Source: a virus
Reading direction: 5' to 3' (one strand)
IMG/VR virus record: IMGVR_UViG_3300042569_002054
DNA: 64,000 bases
Shown here: in pieces, positions 39,412 through 50,351 of the stretch
Numbering within the stretch: position 1 is the stretch's first letter
How the letters are laid out: each line of letters starts with the position of its first letter
The notes under the pieces: model-generated
What the model saw: only the letters and a program-made list of their open reading frames with translations
What the model was told of the DNA's origin: nothing
The model's database searches: none
Program-made: the position numbers and the translations under genes

Positions 39412-40317
39412 ATGGCAACAGGTAATTATGGAACAGTAAGATTGGCGGATGTGAGTCCAGCTGATGTGGAAATAATAATGAATTATACACCATCAAGAGA
39501 TTTCACTAATAATTTCATCTTGAAAAAATTAGATGCTCTTGAGTTGTTACAACCTTATTTTAGTAATCCTGCTATTGGTGGGCAAACAAATGAAATTTTA
39601 GGTGGGATGTATAATTTAAAATTACCATCTTCAGAATTTAATAATCTTGGAATTTATAACCTATTAATTAGGCCAATTCAAATTAGAACTGAAATTCTTG
39701 ATTGTGGTGTATTACAAGCACTACCAAATGTTAAGGGTATCATTATTGATTTGACAAATGTACCCCAAGAATTTTTAAACAGATTTGTTCCACAAGGACT
39801 AGTGGGTTATCGAATAGAATATTTGAATAGTGATGGTACAAAAAATACTAATTTTTTTAGAATAATTACTTCTTCATTTTATTGTGAGGCGGTAGTTGCA
39901 AATACTAATAATACATCCGATAAAGCACAAAGATGGGTTTATAGTGATGGTGAAACTAATCTTTTATTTTGTACGGTTTCACCAAGTTCATCACCCTCAA
40001 ACAAACCAAATGCAACACCTTATATTGGTGCTGCGGGACAAAATATTATTTTAACAAATACCTTTTTTGACCCAATAATGATTGAAGTTGAAATTGTTGA
40101 AAATGATATATCAACGTTAGCAATCGCACTTTACGGGAATCAAACTAAATCTATTGAAGATGGTATATATACCATTTATGATACTAATAACAACATTTAC
40201 AAACAATACAACTTATATGAAATTAGAAGTCAATTTAATGAGTTGTTATATGAGGTTAGACAAAATAGAGGAAGTAATCTTGATACAACTAAAATCTTTG
40301 ATAATATCATAGCTTAA
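39412..40317 (+). CDS. Putative baseplate protein (301 aa)
   Basis: ORF preceded by TATTTATA; coupled to the next gene (TAATG). Confidence 0.6.
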   Translation: MATGNYGTVRLADVSPADVEIIMNYTPSRDFTNNFILKKLDALELLQPYFSNPAIGGQTNEILGGMYNLKLPSSEFNNLGIYNLLIRPIQIRTEILDCGVLQALPNVKGIIIDLTNVPQEFLNRFVPQGLVGYRIEYLNSDGTKNTNFFRIITSSFYCEAVVANTNNTSDKAQRWVYSDGETNLLFCTVSPSSSPSNKPNATPYIGAAGQNIILTNTFFDPIMIEVEIVENDISTLAIALYGNQTKSIEDGIYTIYDTNNNIYKQYNLYEIRSQFNELLYEVRQNRGSNLDTTKIFDNIIA

Positions 40318-43280
40318 TGGCAACTTATAAATGTCCACCACAAAATAGAAATTTTTCCGATAATTTTGTTGGTTTACAACTGACTGATGGTGGAGGACTT
40401 ACGCTTGGTGGTTTTGAATTCTCAACTAGTATTACCGAAAAGGTTAATAGAAATTTTGAAACTGGTACATTTTCATCATTATTTAATAATGATGATTTAA
40501 ATTTAACACCCGAATTAGCTGCGTCTGTTTATAACAATAATTTCAGATTGTACCCAAATTTTGATGAAACTGATGTTACAAATTTTGTATCCTATGGTTC
40601 ATTAAGTAAACGATTAGAAGTTGCAATTAATAATGTCTTAAATTATTTTCCAGCGGCGTTAGAAATAAGAAATTTTACATCAGGGTCAACAACTGCAAAT
40701 ACTGCGGTTAATATTAGTTATAATGGTAATTTAGATGAAACAGTATTAACAATTCCTTGGCAAACAATAAGTAATCCTTTCAATATTGATTATAGAATTA
40801 ATGCAACTGTTTATATCAGTAGTTTAGGATTTCCTGTTTCAAAATACAGAAACTTAACAAATCAATTTAGAAGTTATTCATTATTTCTTAGCGGACAAAG
40901 TTATGAACTAAATTATATTAATACAACCTCTGATTTTTCAACCGATTTAACAATATATGTTAAAGGTAATCCATTTAGTGGGTTAACAACATATTCTCAA
41001 AATTTTGTTGTTAGACCAAATGATACAATAGTTAATGAAGTTTTCAATCTTGAGTTAGGAGAAATTGAAGAAGCGTTATTAAATAGATACTCTAACCCAA
41101 TATATACGTACCAATATCAAACACCATCTGAATCGGATGATGGTTACATTTCAAATGTTGTACGTTCAATTACTTGGCCATTAGGTGGTGTATGGAATAT
41201 AGATATTAGTTCTTTTGGATATGAAAATTATATATCTGAATTACAGATATTAGGTACAAGTTATGATGAAAATAAAACAAATTTAGTATCTAGATTTTAT
41301 ACGACAAATGCGTTAAAGGAATTTGATACTGTAGATGAAAAGGTTGATAAGACTTTAAAAATTTATGGTAGAAGTTTTGATGAAACAAAAAAATATATTG
41401 ATGGAATACAGTATGTTAATTCTGTAAATTACAATATTGGAAATGATATACCTTCAGGTTTAGTTACTAATTTGGCTCAAACACTTGGTTGGTCAATCAG
41501 GATGTCCCCAATTGCAAATGCTGACTTTTTAGAGTCGGTTTATGGTACTACGGATAATGCGTTTCCTGCTTATTCGACAAGTCAAACAAAACAAGATTTA
41601 AATAATCAATATTTTAGAAATTTAATTCTTAATTCATCTTATTTGTACAGGTCAAAAGGAACAAGAAAGTCGATTGAATTTTTATTGGGTTTTATTGGGG
41701 CACCTGAAGCTCTTGTTGAGTTTAATGAGAATGTTTATTTGGCGGACACAAATATTAATATAGAAAAATTTAATTTATTATATTCACAAATTTCAGGTGG
41801 AACATATACCCCACAGTTTACGGTTTTAAATAGTGGTAATACCTATAATTTTCAGGGTGTAACATATACTGCATTTACACAATCAGGTGTTACAATTCCG
41901 ACAAATACAACATTAACCGATTATCCTGTTGACAGTGAGGGTTATCCTGTAAATCCTGTGTTTACTCAAGGGACAACAAGTAGACCAAGTTTTTATTTTC
42001 AAAAAGGAGGTGGATGGATTGAGTCTACAGTACAACATAGAACACCTGAAGAAGTTAATTATAGTACTAGTATCTACACTGGACAAAATGTTAATATCCA
42101 AACTAATTTAGAACCATTCACATATGGTCAAAAATTCTTAGATAGATTTAGAAATTTCCCATTCATGGATATGGGTTTTAATCTTAAAAAAGTTCAGGAT
42201 AATAAAAAGAGTTGGACTAATGAAGATATCGGGTTGAGAAAAAACATTGATAATTTATTTAATGCTTATTACCCAATCTCAACAGATAGATTATTACTTA
42301 ATGTTAAGAATGTTGAAATATTCTTAAATCCTGCTCAAGCTCTTGCATATGATGTTTGGTATGTTTCGGCAACCAAAAATTACCCAATACCTTACACAGG
42401 ATTATCTTCACCGTATCCACAGATAGGTGGTATTGATTGGACTTTTATTAATCCACAACCACAAAATAAAACTTTTTATGAGTTTTATAAAACTTTTTGG
42501 TTGAACATGATAAATGTTAGAAATCGACAATTTTCATCCGATGGAAAAACAAGTGGTTACCCAACATTACAGTCACTATTTTGGAAATACCTTACGATGT
42601 ACCAAGATACAGGATTAACTAATTACAATTTTGGTTATCAAAATATGATTGAGTATATTAATGGACTAGGTGATTTTTGGATTAAATTAATTGAACAATT
42701 TGTTCCGGCAACAACTATTTGGAATACAGGAACAAAATTTGAAAATTCAATATTCCATAGACAAAAGTTTATTTATAGAAGACAAAGAGGTTGTCAGTTG
42801 GTACTACAAGAAGTTGTTGGGCCGGTTACAACTGGTACTCTCCAAACTAATGGTTGTGACTCATTTACTTTTGATATTGATGTACCATCAATTCAAAATA
42901 TTGGAGATGGTTTACATGATGATGCACAAGTATTGGCGACTGAACAAGGGTTTACTGATGGTTATACAATTGTCAATGCAAGTTATGGATTTGGTTTTAC
43001 ATTAACACACATTAATACTGGTGAAGAATTTATATTTGAGTATAATAATGGGCCAACCTATTATTACCCAAATTTATACCCAACTCAAACACAATGGATA
43101 AATACTATAAATCAAGGATTAGTTTACTTTTCAAATAGTGGAATTAATAATCAAGCAGGTGTACAAATAGTTTATAACAGTAATACAAATCAATTACAAT
43201 TAATATCGACAATATGTGGATTTGATGATGTTGTTATAAGTGATATAGTCGTAATAAATGATATACAGATACAAGGATAA
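40317..43280 (+). CDS. Baseplate wedge protein (gp7 / P2 gpI-like)
   Basis: LVTNLAQTLGW and YLYRSKGTRKSIEFLLGFIG are gpI/gp7-type motifs. Confidence 0.65.
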   Translation: MATYKCPPQNRNFSDNFVGLQLTDGGGLTLGGFEFSTSITEKVNRNFETGTFSSLFNNDDLNLTPELAASVYNNNFRLYPNFDETDVTNFVSYGSLSKRLEVAINNVLNYFPAALEIRNFTSGSTTANTAVNISYNGNLDETVLTIPWQTISNPFNIDYRINATVYISSLGFPVSKYRNLTNQFRSYSLFLSGQSYELNYINTTSDFSTDLTIYVKGNPFSGLTTYSQNFVVRPNDTIVNEVFNLELGEIEEALLNRYSNPIYTYQYQTPSESDDGYISNVVRSITWPLGGVWNIDISSFGYENYISELQILGTSYDENKTNLVSRFYTTNALKEFDTVDEKVDKTLKIYGRSFDETKKYIDGIQYVNSVNYNIGNDIPSGLVTNLAQTLGWSIRMSPIANADFLESVYGTTDNAFPAYSTSQTKQDLNNQYFRNLILNSSYLYRSKGTRKSIEFLLGFIGAPEALVEFNENVYLADTNINIEKFNLLYSQISGGTYTPQFTVLNSGNTYNFQGVTYTAFTQSGVTIPTNTTLTDYPVDSEGYPVNPVFTQGTTSRPSFYFQKGGGWIESTVQHRTPEEVNYSTSIYTGQNVNIQTNLEPFTYGQKFLDRFRNFPFMDMGFNLKKVQDNKKSWTNEDIGLRKNIDNLFNAYYPISTDRLLLNVKNVEIFLNPAQALAYDVWYVSATKNYPIPYTGLSSPYPQIGGIDWTFINPQPQNKTFYEFYKTFWLNMINVRNRQFSSDGKTSGYPTLQSLFWKYLTMYQDTGLTNYNFGYQNMIEYINGLGDFWIKLIEQFVPATTIWNTGTKFENSIFHRQKFIYRRQRGCQLVLQEVVGPVTTGTLQTNGCDSFTFDIDVPSIQNIGDGLHDDAQVLATEQGFTDGYTIVNASYGFGFTLTHINTGEEFIFEYNNGPTYYYPNLYPTQTQWINTINQGLVYFSNSGINNQAGVQIVYNSNTNQLQLISTICGFDDVVISDIVVINDIQIQG

Positions 43281-45460
43281 TGGCGGAAAGTTCGTATTCA
43301 ATAAGTTTAACAGGTGATTGTACAAATAGTTCATTAGGAGCTGCGCTAATTACTTTAGTTGGCTCAAGTCCGTATACAATCTATTGGGTAAATAATGTAT
43401 TACCATCGGCAACTTTTTCAGGAAGTTCTTATTCTGTAACAGGATTAAGTACGGGTACTTACGGATTTAATATTACAGCTTCAACTATTCCGATTAATGA
43501 AGTTATAGGACCTGTATATTTTAATATAGTTTCAGCAAGTACTGCATATATTAACACATCTGATTTTGTAACATGTCAACCTGATAGTTCATATTTAACA
43601 GTTGTAACCACAGGAACGACTAATGGGGTAATTGACAATACTCAAGGAACATTTGTTGGGGCAACAATTAATTTATATAAAGACTATGTATACTATGCTT
43701 CCGCAACTTCGGTTAATACCGCATATTCTTTTATAAATTTATCTGAAGGTATGTATTACGCTCAGGTAACAGGGGATGGTAATTGCCCTTGTGAAACAGA
43801 ATCTGTGATAATACATACTAATCCAAATTTACTTGATTTTGGATTATATACAATTGATAATCCAGCATGTTCACAACAAAGTGGTAAAATATACGTTACA
43901 GGTTTAACAGGTGTTTCACCATTCATTTATCAGTGGTCACCTACTGTTGGTGGTACAGGTGATACATTTGTAACTGGGCTAACTCAAGGCTCGTACAATT
44001 TAACTGTTATAGATGCGAATGGGTGTAGTTTAACTAAAATAACAACTATTACAAATGCTGAACCGATATCGTTTATATCTTATACAACCACACCACCAAC
44101 TTGTTTTAATGCTGATGGGAGTATAACGTTTAATATTACAGGTGGAACGGCTCCGTATTTTTATTTATTAAGTAATGGTGATTCAGTTACAACATATGGT
44201 ACATCTGTAACATTTAATAATATTGGGTCAGGAAGTTATACTTTAACAGTTACGGATGTTTCGTTATGTAGTCTCTCAACATCAGTTGATTTCTTAGTTC
44301 CAAGAAGTTTTTCATTGGTATCTGAAACAGTTTCAAACTCACAATGTTCGTATAATAGTGGGTCAATAACTGTTACATTATTAGGTGGGACACCTCCATT
44401 TATATATTCATTAAGTAATAATAGTGGTGTGACAACAACTAATACGTCAACACTTCAAACCAATACATTTAACAGTTTAGAGTCGGGTACATATACTTTA
44501 ACAATTAATGATAGTAGTAGTGCTTGTACTTATACTAATAATATTACAGTATTAAATGATACATCATTTAATTTTTCTATTACAGGAAATAGTACTTATT
44601 GTGGTCTTAATGATGGTTCTATCAATATATCTGTAACTCCAAGTTATACATCTTCAACATTTTATACGTATTCACTATCAAACGGGGCTAGCTCATACCC
44701 GACAACTTCAACGACATATACCTTTACTAGTTTACCTGCAGGTAATTACGATGTAACTATTGAAAATCTTTCAGGATGTACTCAAACTACATCAACTACA
44801 ATTGATTATTTGGCACCTTATCAATTTGCGTTATATGGTACTGATTGTATAAATGGTAGTGGTGGTACGATAAGTGTTTTATTAAATGAAAGTACTGGGC
44901 CTTTTAACTTTATTTGGAGTGATAATGTTAATGGTCAAATTGGTACATATATTACAGGTTTAACTGCTGGTACTTATGTATTAACTGTTAGCGGTACAAG
45001 TAATTGTGAAACAACTAAATCAATTGATATTAGTTGTAACCCATTAAGAACTGCTAGCTCAACTTACAAGTATACGATTGGTAATAAAACATATCTACCT
45101 TCATCAATATTTAATTTTACAAAAATGTTAAATGAGGGATATTCTTCATTAACAACAGGACATGAGGATTGTAAACTTAAATATGCTAAATTTAATTGTG
45201 ATATAGAACTTGACGGAACGGTTTATTCAGGTACTTTCTTTACAACAACATCTTTATCTAATTCACCGACAGTAAACGCATTTAAGACAGTTATTGATGC
45301 ATTAATCAATACTATACCTGATATTAAATCTTATGAGGTTAATTTATTGACAAATACCATCAGTATTGAATCAGATGTTGTTGGTGGTGTTGAAGTTTAT
45401 AAAGATGATGTATTAACTATATCGGTAAGAATGGATTATAGTATATCTTGTCGCACTTAA
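43280..45460 (+). CDS. SprB-repeat protein (putative tail adhesin)
   Basis: About seven Thr/Ser-rich Ig-like repeats such as TGLTQGSYNLTVIDANGC, SLPAGNYDVTIENLSGC, TGLTAGTYVLTVSGTSNC. Confidence 0.75.
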   Translation: MAESSYSISLTGDCTNSSLGAALITLVGSSPYTIYWVNNVLPSATFSGSSYSVTGLSTGTYGFNITASTIPINEVIGPVYFNIVSASTAYINTSDFVTCQPDSSYLTVVTTGTTNGVIDNTQGTFVGATINLYKDYVYYASATSVNTAYSFINLSEGMYYAQVTGDGNCPCETESVIIHTNPNLLDFGLYTIDNPACSQQSGKIYVTGLTGVSPFIYQWSPTVGGTGDTFVTGLTQGSYNLTVIDANGCSLTKITTITNAEPISFISYTTTPPTCFNADGSITFNITGGTAPYFYLLSNGDSVTTYGTSVTFNNIGSGSYTLTVTDVSLCSLSTSVDFLVPRSFSLVSETVSNSQCSYNSGSITVTLLGGTPPFIYSLSNNSGVTTTNTSTLQTNTFNSLESGTYTLTINDSSSACTYTNNITVLNDTSFNFSITGNSTYCGLNDGSINISVTPSYTSSTFYTYSLSNGASSYPTTSTTYTFTSLPAGNYDVTIENLSGCTQTTSTTIDYLAPYQFALYGTDCINGSGGTISVLLNESTGPFNFIWSDNVNGQIGTYITGLTAGTYVLTVSGTSNCETTKSIDISCNPLRTASSTYKYTIGNKTYLPSSIFNFTKMLNEGYSSLTTGHEDCKLKYAKFNCDIELDGTVYSGTFFTTTSLSNSPTVNAFKTVIDALINTIPDIKSYEVNLLTNTISIESDVVGGVEVYKDDVLTISVRMDYSISCRT

Positions 45461-45487
45461 AATAGTTGAAAAACTATTTATCATTAA

Positions 45488-46492
45488 ATGAGTTTAGTAA
45501 CAATAAATAGTTTGGGAGGAATACCTCCTTATGTTATTTCAGTTTGTGACATATTTCAATACTCTTGTCAAACTGTGACAACAATATATGATTATATTCC
45601 ACCATCTGTTAGTTTTAATATTCCGAGTCCATATTCATCGGCTCCAAAAGTTTTAATTAAAATAGTCGATTCTACAGGATGTATTTTCACACAAGAATAT
45701 ATGTGTGTAACACCTACTCCAACCCCAAGTATTACTCCAAGTGTCACCCCGACAATTTCTTTAACTCCTTCAAATACTCCAACACCAAGTATTACACCAT
45801 CATTTACACCTACACCGAGTATCACACCAAGTATTACACCTACACAAACAGTTACACCATCACATACCCCAACACAAACAATTACTCCAACAGTTACAAG
45901 AACTCCAACACCTACAGTTACACCTGACACTCCTATTTATGCTTATTTGTTCATTGAACCATACTCAGGTTCTGCTAGTGTTGGTTCTTACATGAATTCA
46001 CTTGGTTCTAATTTTTATGGATTTACAAATACTACTAAACCAAGTAGTTCGGCTAGTACATTTGATTTAGACATGAACAAATATGTTAACTTCTCAGGAT
46101 GGACAACAGGATTATTTCCAAATATTATAAAACAATTAGTACCATCGGCAAGTAGTGGACTTGATTCATACGGTAACCCATATCTTAAATATAATTTCCC
46201 AACAACAAAAGTACCTGAAAATACGGTTGGATGTAAAGCTTGGTACACTTGGATAATACCAATTAGCAGAACCAATAATCAATACCAAGTTGAGATTGAT
46301 TTGGGAATAGTTAATCCAAATGTCTTTACAAGTGTAAAGACGGAACCGACAATTTACGCTAATACATTTACTTATACAGGTAGTACTATTGCAAATACAA
46401 CATACAGGGTTTACACAACATACCCATCAAATACATTTGAATTGGATAATACTTATGACCTTTATTTTAGAGGAAGTAAGGTTGATATATAA
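45488..46492 (+). CDS. Adaptor-like protein with Pro/Thr linker (paralog of 56705-57913 C-domain)
   Basis: [11 protein letters not shown] linker; C-domain YAYLFIEP...GSYM...YTWIIP...TYRVY...LYFRG. Confidence 0.7.
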   Translation: MSLVTINSLGGIPPYVISVCDIFQYSCQTVTTIYDYIPPSVSFNIPSPYSSAPKVLIKIVDSTGCIFTQEYMCVTPTPTPSITPSVTPTISLTPSNTPTPSITPSFTPTPSITPSITPTQTVTPSHTPTQTITPTVTRTPTPTVTPDTPIYAYLFIEPYSGSASVGSYMNSLGSNFYGFTNTTKPSSSASTFDLDMNKYVNFSGWTTGLFPNIIKQLVPSASSGLDSYGNPYLKYNFPTTKVPENTVGCKAWYTWIIPISRTNNQYQVEIDLGIVNPNVFTSVKTEPTIYANTFTYTGSTIANTTYRVYTTYPSNTFELDNTYDLYFRGSKVDI

Positions 46493-46501
46493 TTATAGTA
46501 A

Positions 46502-48499
46502 ATGAGTTTCCCATATAAAAATCCAATATCGTCTATCCAACTAAATGGAACACAAAGTGTACCAAGAAACAATACGTATGGTACTACTTTCAGTGTTAAT
46601 AATACGGGTGGTTATATGGAGGTTTTCAGTTTATCTGACCTTTATTATACAATACCATCGGGAACAACGGGAAGTATTGAATATTCGGGTAATACTATTC
46701 CTATTGAGTTTACAAAAGGAACGGGAACAGCTTGGTCACCTGATGTAATTACTTTGGCTTCAGATAATATTTCATCAGGTAGAAGACGACTTGGTATGTT
46801 GGCTTATGTTTATGAGGTTGACCAAGTTTACCAATATCATATTAATGATTACGAGACGTTATTTAATGCTGCGACTGCTAGTACGGGATGCGCTCAAGTA
46901 TCTGATTTTGGAACAACGATAAATAATAAAACTGCTGCGGGTCAGTCGTTTATTAATTCTTGGACTGCTAACACTATTGAAGATGTTAGTGGTGCAACAT
47001 ATAGTACTGCGGCATGGAGAAAGTTTTCGACAGGAACTGGAGGAGGTTCAGGATTTACGTCAGTTAGAATAAATAATGTTAGTCAATTTACGTCATCACC
47101 ATATAGTTATATTAATTTTAGTGGTGTTAATGTTGATATATCATCAGTTGGAAACAATACGATTGTATTATCGGCAAGTACTAGCGGAGGTGGTGGAGGA
47201 AGTGGTTCGTCAGGTAGTAGTGGTAGTTCAGGAACATCGGGAACTAATGGTAGTTCAGGTTCTAGCGGGATTAGTGGTTCTTCAGGTACTAGTGGTAGTT
47301 CAGGTTCTGCAGGAACATCGGGGAGTTCGGGTTCTACAGGTTCGTCAGGAACAAGTGGTAGTAGTGGAACTTCAGGTAGTTCTGGTACATCTGGTTCAAG
47401 TGGTAGTAGTGGTTCTTTAGGAACATCAGGAAGTAGTGGTACCTCAGGTAATGGTGGGTCATCGGGAACAAGTGGTTTAGATGGGATAAGTGGAACGTCA
47501 GGTTCTTCAGGGTCAAGTGGAAGTACTGGCTCTTCAGGAACTAGCGGAACATCAGGTTTAAGTGGTTCTTCAGGAACTTCAGGTAGTTCTGGTACATCAG
47601 GTTCATCGGGTAGTTCCGGTTCTGCCGGAACATCAGGTACAGGATTTACCACAATCACAAGTCCGGGTAGTAATAGAGTATTAACATCTGATGGGACATC
47701 TAATGCTGCGGTTGCTCAGGCTAGAATGACTTTTGATGGTACTACATTATCAGTTACAGGTAATACAAGTGTTAATGGTAATATAAGTACTACAGGTGTA
47801 ACATCTTTTGGTAACGGAACATTTACAAAGGCGGGGTCAGCTACTGGTGATGTTCTTCTTGATAATAATAGTACAGATACTCCGGGTGTTTTGTTTTATT
47901 ATGCTAATAATTCAAACTTTGGTATTGATAGTTTTAATGGGTCATTTGATGTTCTAAGTGGACAGTTAGTTCGTATCACAAATAATTTAAATGAAGCAGG
48001 AGGTGCGGTAAAAATGGCTATAGATACCACAGGTAATGTGGTATTTACAGGATTTATAAAGGCTAATGCGTGGAGAGCCGGTCAGGTAATTAACGATATT
48101 ATTTTGAGTAATACTGAGGTAACTGTTAGTACTACAACTATAGCTACCAGTAATTCGGATACTGATTTTGTTACTTATAGTTATACACCATTAAGTTCTA
48201 CAAGTTATTTAGTAATACATTATCATTTAGCATCTTTTGATTTTACTTCTGGTACAGGTAATGATTCATACATATCTAGAATAAAGGTTGATGGTGGTGA
48301 AATAACCTATTCAGTACAAAGCACGGTTAATGGATTTCGTACAGGTGTTTTATTTCCATTAACGGGTAGATACACTAACTCTAATACTACCGCAAAATCG
48401 ATAGTAGTTGCATGTCGTAGAAGTTTTGCGGATGATAATATCACAATAGTAAATTCATCTACTTCAATGTGGTTAAGAATAACAGAAGTTGCAAGATAA
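46502..48499 (+). CDS. Fibre protein with about 48 Gly-Ser/Thr-X triplets and C-terminal globular domain
   Basis: N-domain with SSGRRRLGM; G-X-Y tract 47204-47638; NRVLTSDG then beta-rich C-terminus. Confidence 0.75.
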   Translation: MSFPYKNPISSIQLNGTQSVPRNNTYGTTFSVNNTGGYMEVFSLSDLYYTIPSGTTGSIEYSGNTIPIEFTKGTGTAWSPDVITLASDNISSGRRRLGMLAYVYEVDQVYQYHINDYETLFNAATASTGCAQVSDFGTTINNKTAAGQSFINSWTANTIEDVSGATYSTAAWRKFSTGTGGGSGFTSVRINNVSQFTSSPYSYINFSGVNVDISSVGNNTIVLSASTSGGGGGSGSSGSSGSSGTSGTNGSSGSSGISGSSGTSGSSGSAGTSGSSGSTGSSGTSGSSGTSGSSGTSGSSGSSGSLGTSGSSGTSGNGGSSGTSGLDGISGTSGSSGSSGSTGSSGTSGTSGLSGSSGTSGSSGTSGSSGSSGSAGTSGTGFTTITSPGSNRVLTSDGTSNAAVAQARMTFDGTTLSVTGNTSVNGNISTTGVTSFGNGTFTKAGSATGDVLLDNNSTDTPGVLFYYANNSNFGIDSFNGSFDVLSGQLVRITNNLNEAGGAVKMAIDTTGNVVFTGFIKANAWRAGQVINDIILSNTEVTVSTTTIATSNSDTDFVTYSYTPLSSTSYLVIHYHLASFDFTSGTGNDSYISRIKVDGGEITYSVQSTVNGFRTGVLFPLTGRYTNSNTTAKSIVVACRRSFADDNITIVNSSTSMWLRITEVAR

Positions 48500-50346
48500 T
48501 GCCAATCCCACCGAATAAAATAAAATACTCAACGTCCTTTCATCCTAATACGATTAAAGTTAAGGATTGGGTTTTGGGTATTAATGAAGGTGCGGAATAC
48601 GGGCCAACAAGTGTTACAGGATTTTGGAATTCTATTATACCACCATCAGGTGGTTATACCATGTATGGAAACAAGGCAGTTGCTGGACCATCCATAGTGG
48701 TTGCTCAAAACGACTCAGAACTTATTGGTTTTACACAAGGATTTGCGGGACAAACATTTAATACTGCTAACGAAGCGTTAGGATGGTACACAGGACAAAC
48801 AGGTCTTATTTGTGTTAACCTTGATTACCCTGATATTATAACTGACGGATTAACATTATTACTTGATGCTGGTTATGTTTCATCATACCCAAGAAGTGGT
48901 TCACGATGGGATGATTTAAGTTTTAGTGGTAACAACGGAACACTAATTAATACTCCAACATTCAATTCAAGTAACAACGGATACCTCACATTTAACGGAA
49001 GTAATCAATATGTTAATGTTGCAGGTACTCCTGTTGGAATAACGGCATATACCAAAAACATTTGGTTTTATCTAAACTCAACGGCTGATAATAATTTATT
49101 AAGTAGTGATACTGGTGGACACTTTATGTTCTTTGCAGGTTCAAATAAATTATATTGTGGACATTCTGATTGGGGTAATTATACGGTTTTCCCATCGGTC
49201 ACTAACTTTAGTAATGGGGTGTGGTATAATGCGTGTGTAACTTTTGATACCATAAATGGATTTGTATTGTATGTTAATGGTGTTCAGGATAGTACATACA
49301 CCACTCAAAAGACACCTATAGGGGGTAATGGTTCAACAAGGATAGGAGCGTTTGGTGATGGAGGTAATCTATTAAATGGTAGGGTTTCAGTTGCTATGAC
49401 TTACAATAGAGTATTAAGTTCTACTGAAGTATTAAAAAATTACAATTCATTTTCGTCAAGATTTATTTCACCATCACCTACTCCGACAACAACAATAACC
49501 CCTACACCTACAATGACAGTTACCCCGACGATAACTCCAACAAATACTCAAACACCGACAAATACAATTACTCCAACACCTTCCATAACTCCGACTAGAA
49601 CTGTAACACCTACCCAAACACAGACACCGACAAATACGATTACTCCAACACCAACAAGTGTGGGTGGGGTAATTAGTGGTAATTTATTTATGAAGTTAGA
49701 TGCTACTAATTATGTTAGTGGTACTTGGACTGATGAAACGGGAAATGGAAATAATGCAACTATTAATGGTGCCACTTGGTTGTCTACTGACGGAGGTATT
49801 TTTGATTTAAATGGGACTAGTAATACAATAAGTATACCTCATACTGCTAATCTTAGTTTAAATACTACAACCCAAAGAACAATACAAGTTTGGGTTAAAT
49901 TTGACGTTTTACCTAGTTCAGGTCAACAAGTTCCGGTCTTTGGAAAACTATCCAGTTCATTTGGATTTGATGGGTATTGGGGTGGGTTATTCTCGAATGC
50001 TGGCGTTGTGAGGGTAGTTACAAATGGAACGGGGGTTCAAAAAATATCCGACTCTACGTTAACCGTTTCAATTAATACTTGGTATTTATTTACATTTGTT
50101 TCACGAATTACCTCAACTGCTAATACCACCAAAGTGTATATTAATAATACCGAATATATAACAACCGCTCATGGTACTGATACATATAGTGAAACTAACC
50201 CTCTTTATTTGGGTTACATTGGTACTGGTATATCATCACTTTATTTAAATGGTAAAATAGGTGCCTGTTATTTTTATACCACAGGATTAACCGCCAGTGA
50301 TGTAACAACAAACTATAATAATACTAAATCAAAATATGGATTATAA
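48499..50346 (+). CDS. Tandem LamG/concanavalin A-like lectin protein with Pro/Thr linker
   Basis: Start reassigned to TAATG overlap at 48499; two LLLDA/MKLDA...W.D.SGN.NN...WY....T....LYVNG...YNRVLS-type modules. Confidence 0.8.
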   Translation: MPIPPNKIKYSTSFHPNTIKVKDWVLGINEGAEYGPTSVTGFWNSIIPPSGGYTMYGNKAVAGPSIVVAQNDSELIGFTQGFAGQTFNTANEALGWYTGQTGLICVNLDYPDIITDGLTLLLDAGYVSSYPRSGSRWDDLSFSGNNGTLINTPTFNSSNNGYLTFNGSNQYVNVAGTPVGITAYTKNIWFYLNSTADNNLLSSDTGGHFMFFAGSNKLYCGHSDWGNYTVFPSVTNFSNGVWYNACVTFDTINGFVLYVNGVQDSTYTTQKTPIGGNGSTRIGAFGDGGNLLNGRVSVAMTYNRVLSSTEVLKNYNSFSSRFISPSPTPTTTITPTPTMTVTPTITPTNTQTPTNTITPTPSITPTRTVTPTQTQTPTNTITPTPTSVGGVISGNLFMKLDATNYVSGTWTDETGNGNNATINGATWLSTDGGIFDLNGTSNTISIPHTANLSLNTTTQRTIQVWVKFDVLPSSGQQVPVFGKLSSSFGFDGYWGGLFSNAGVVRVVTNGTGVQKISDSTLTVSINTWYLFTFVSRITSTANTTKVYINNTEYITTAHGTDTYSETNPLYLGYIGTGISSLYLNGKIGACYFYTTGLTASDVTTNYNNTKSKYGL

Positions 50347-50351
50347 ATAAA

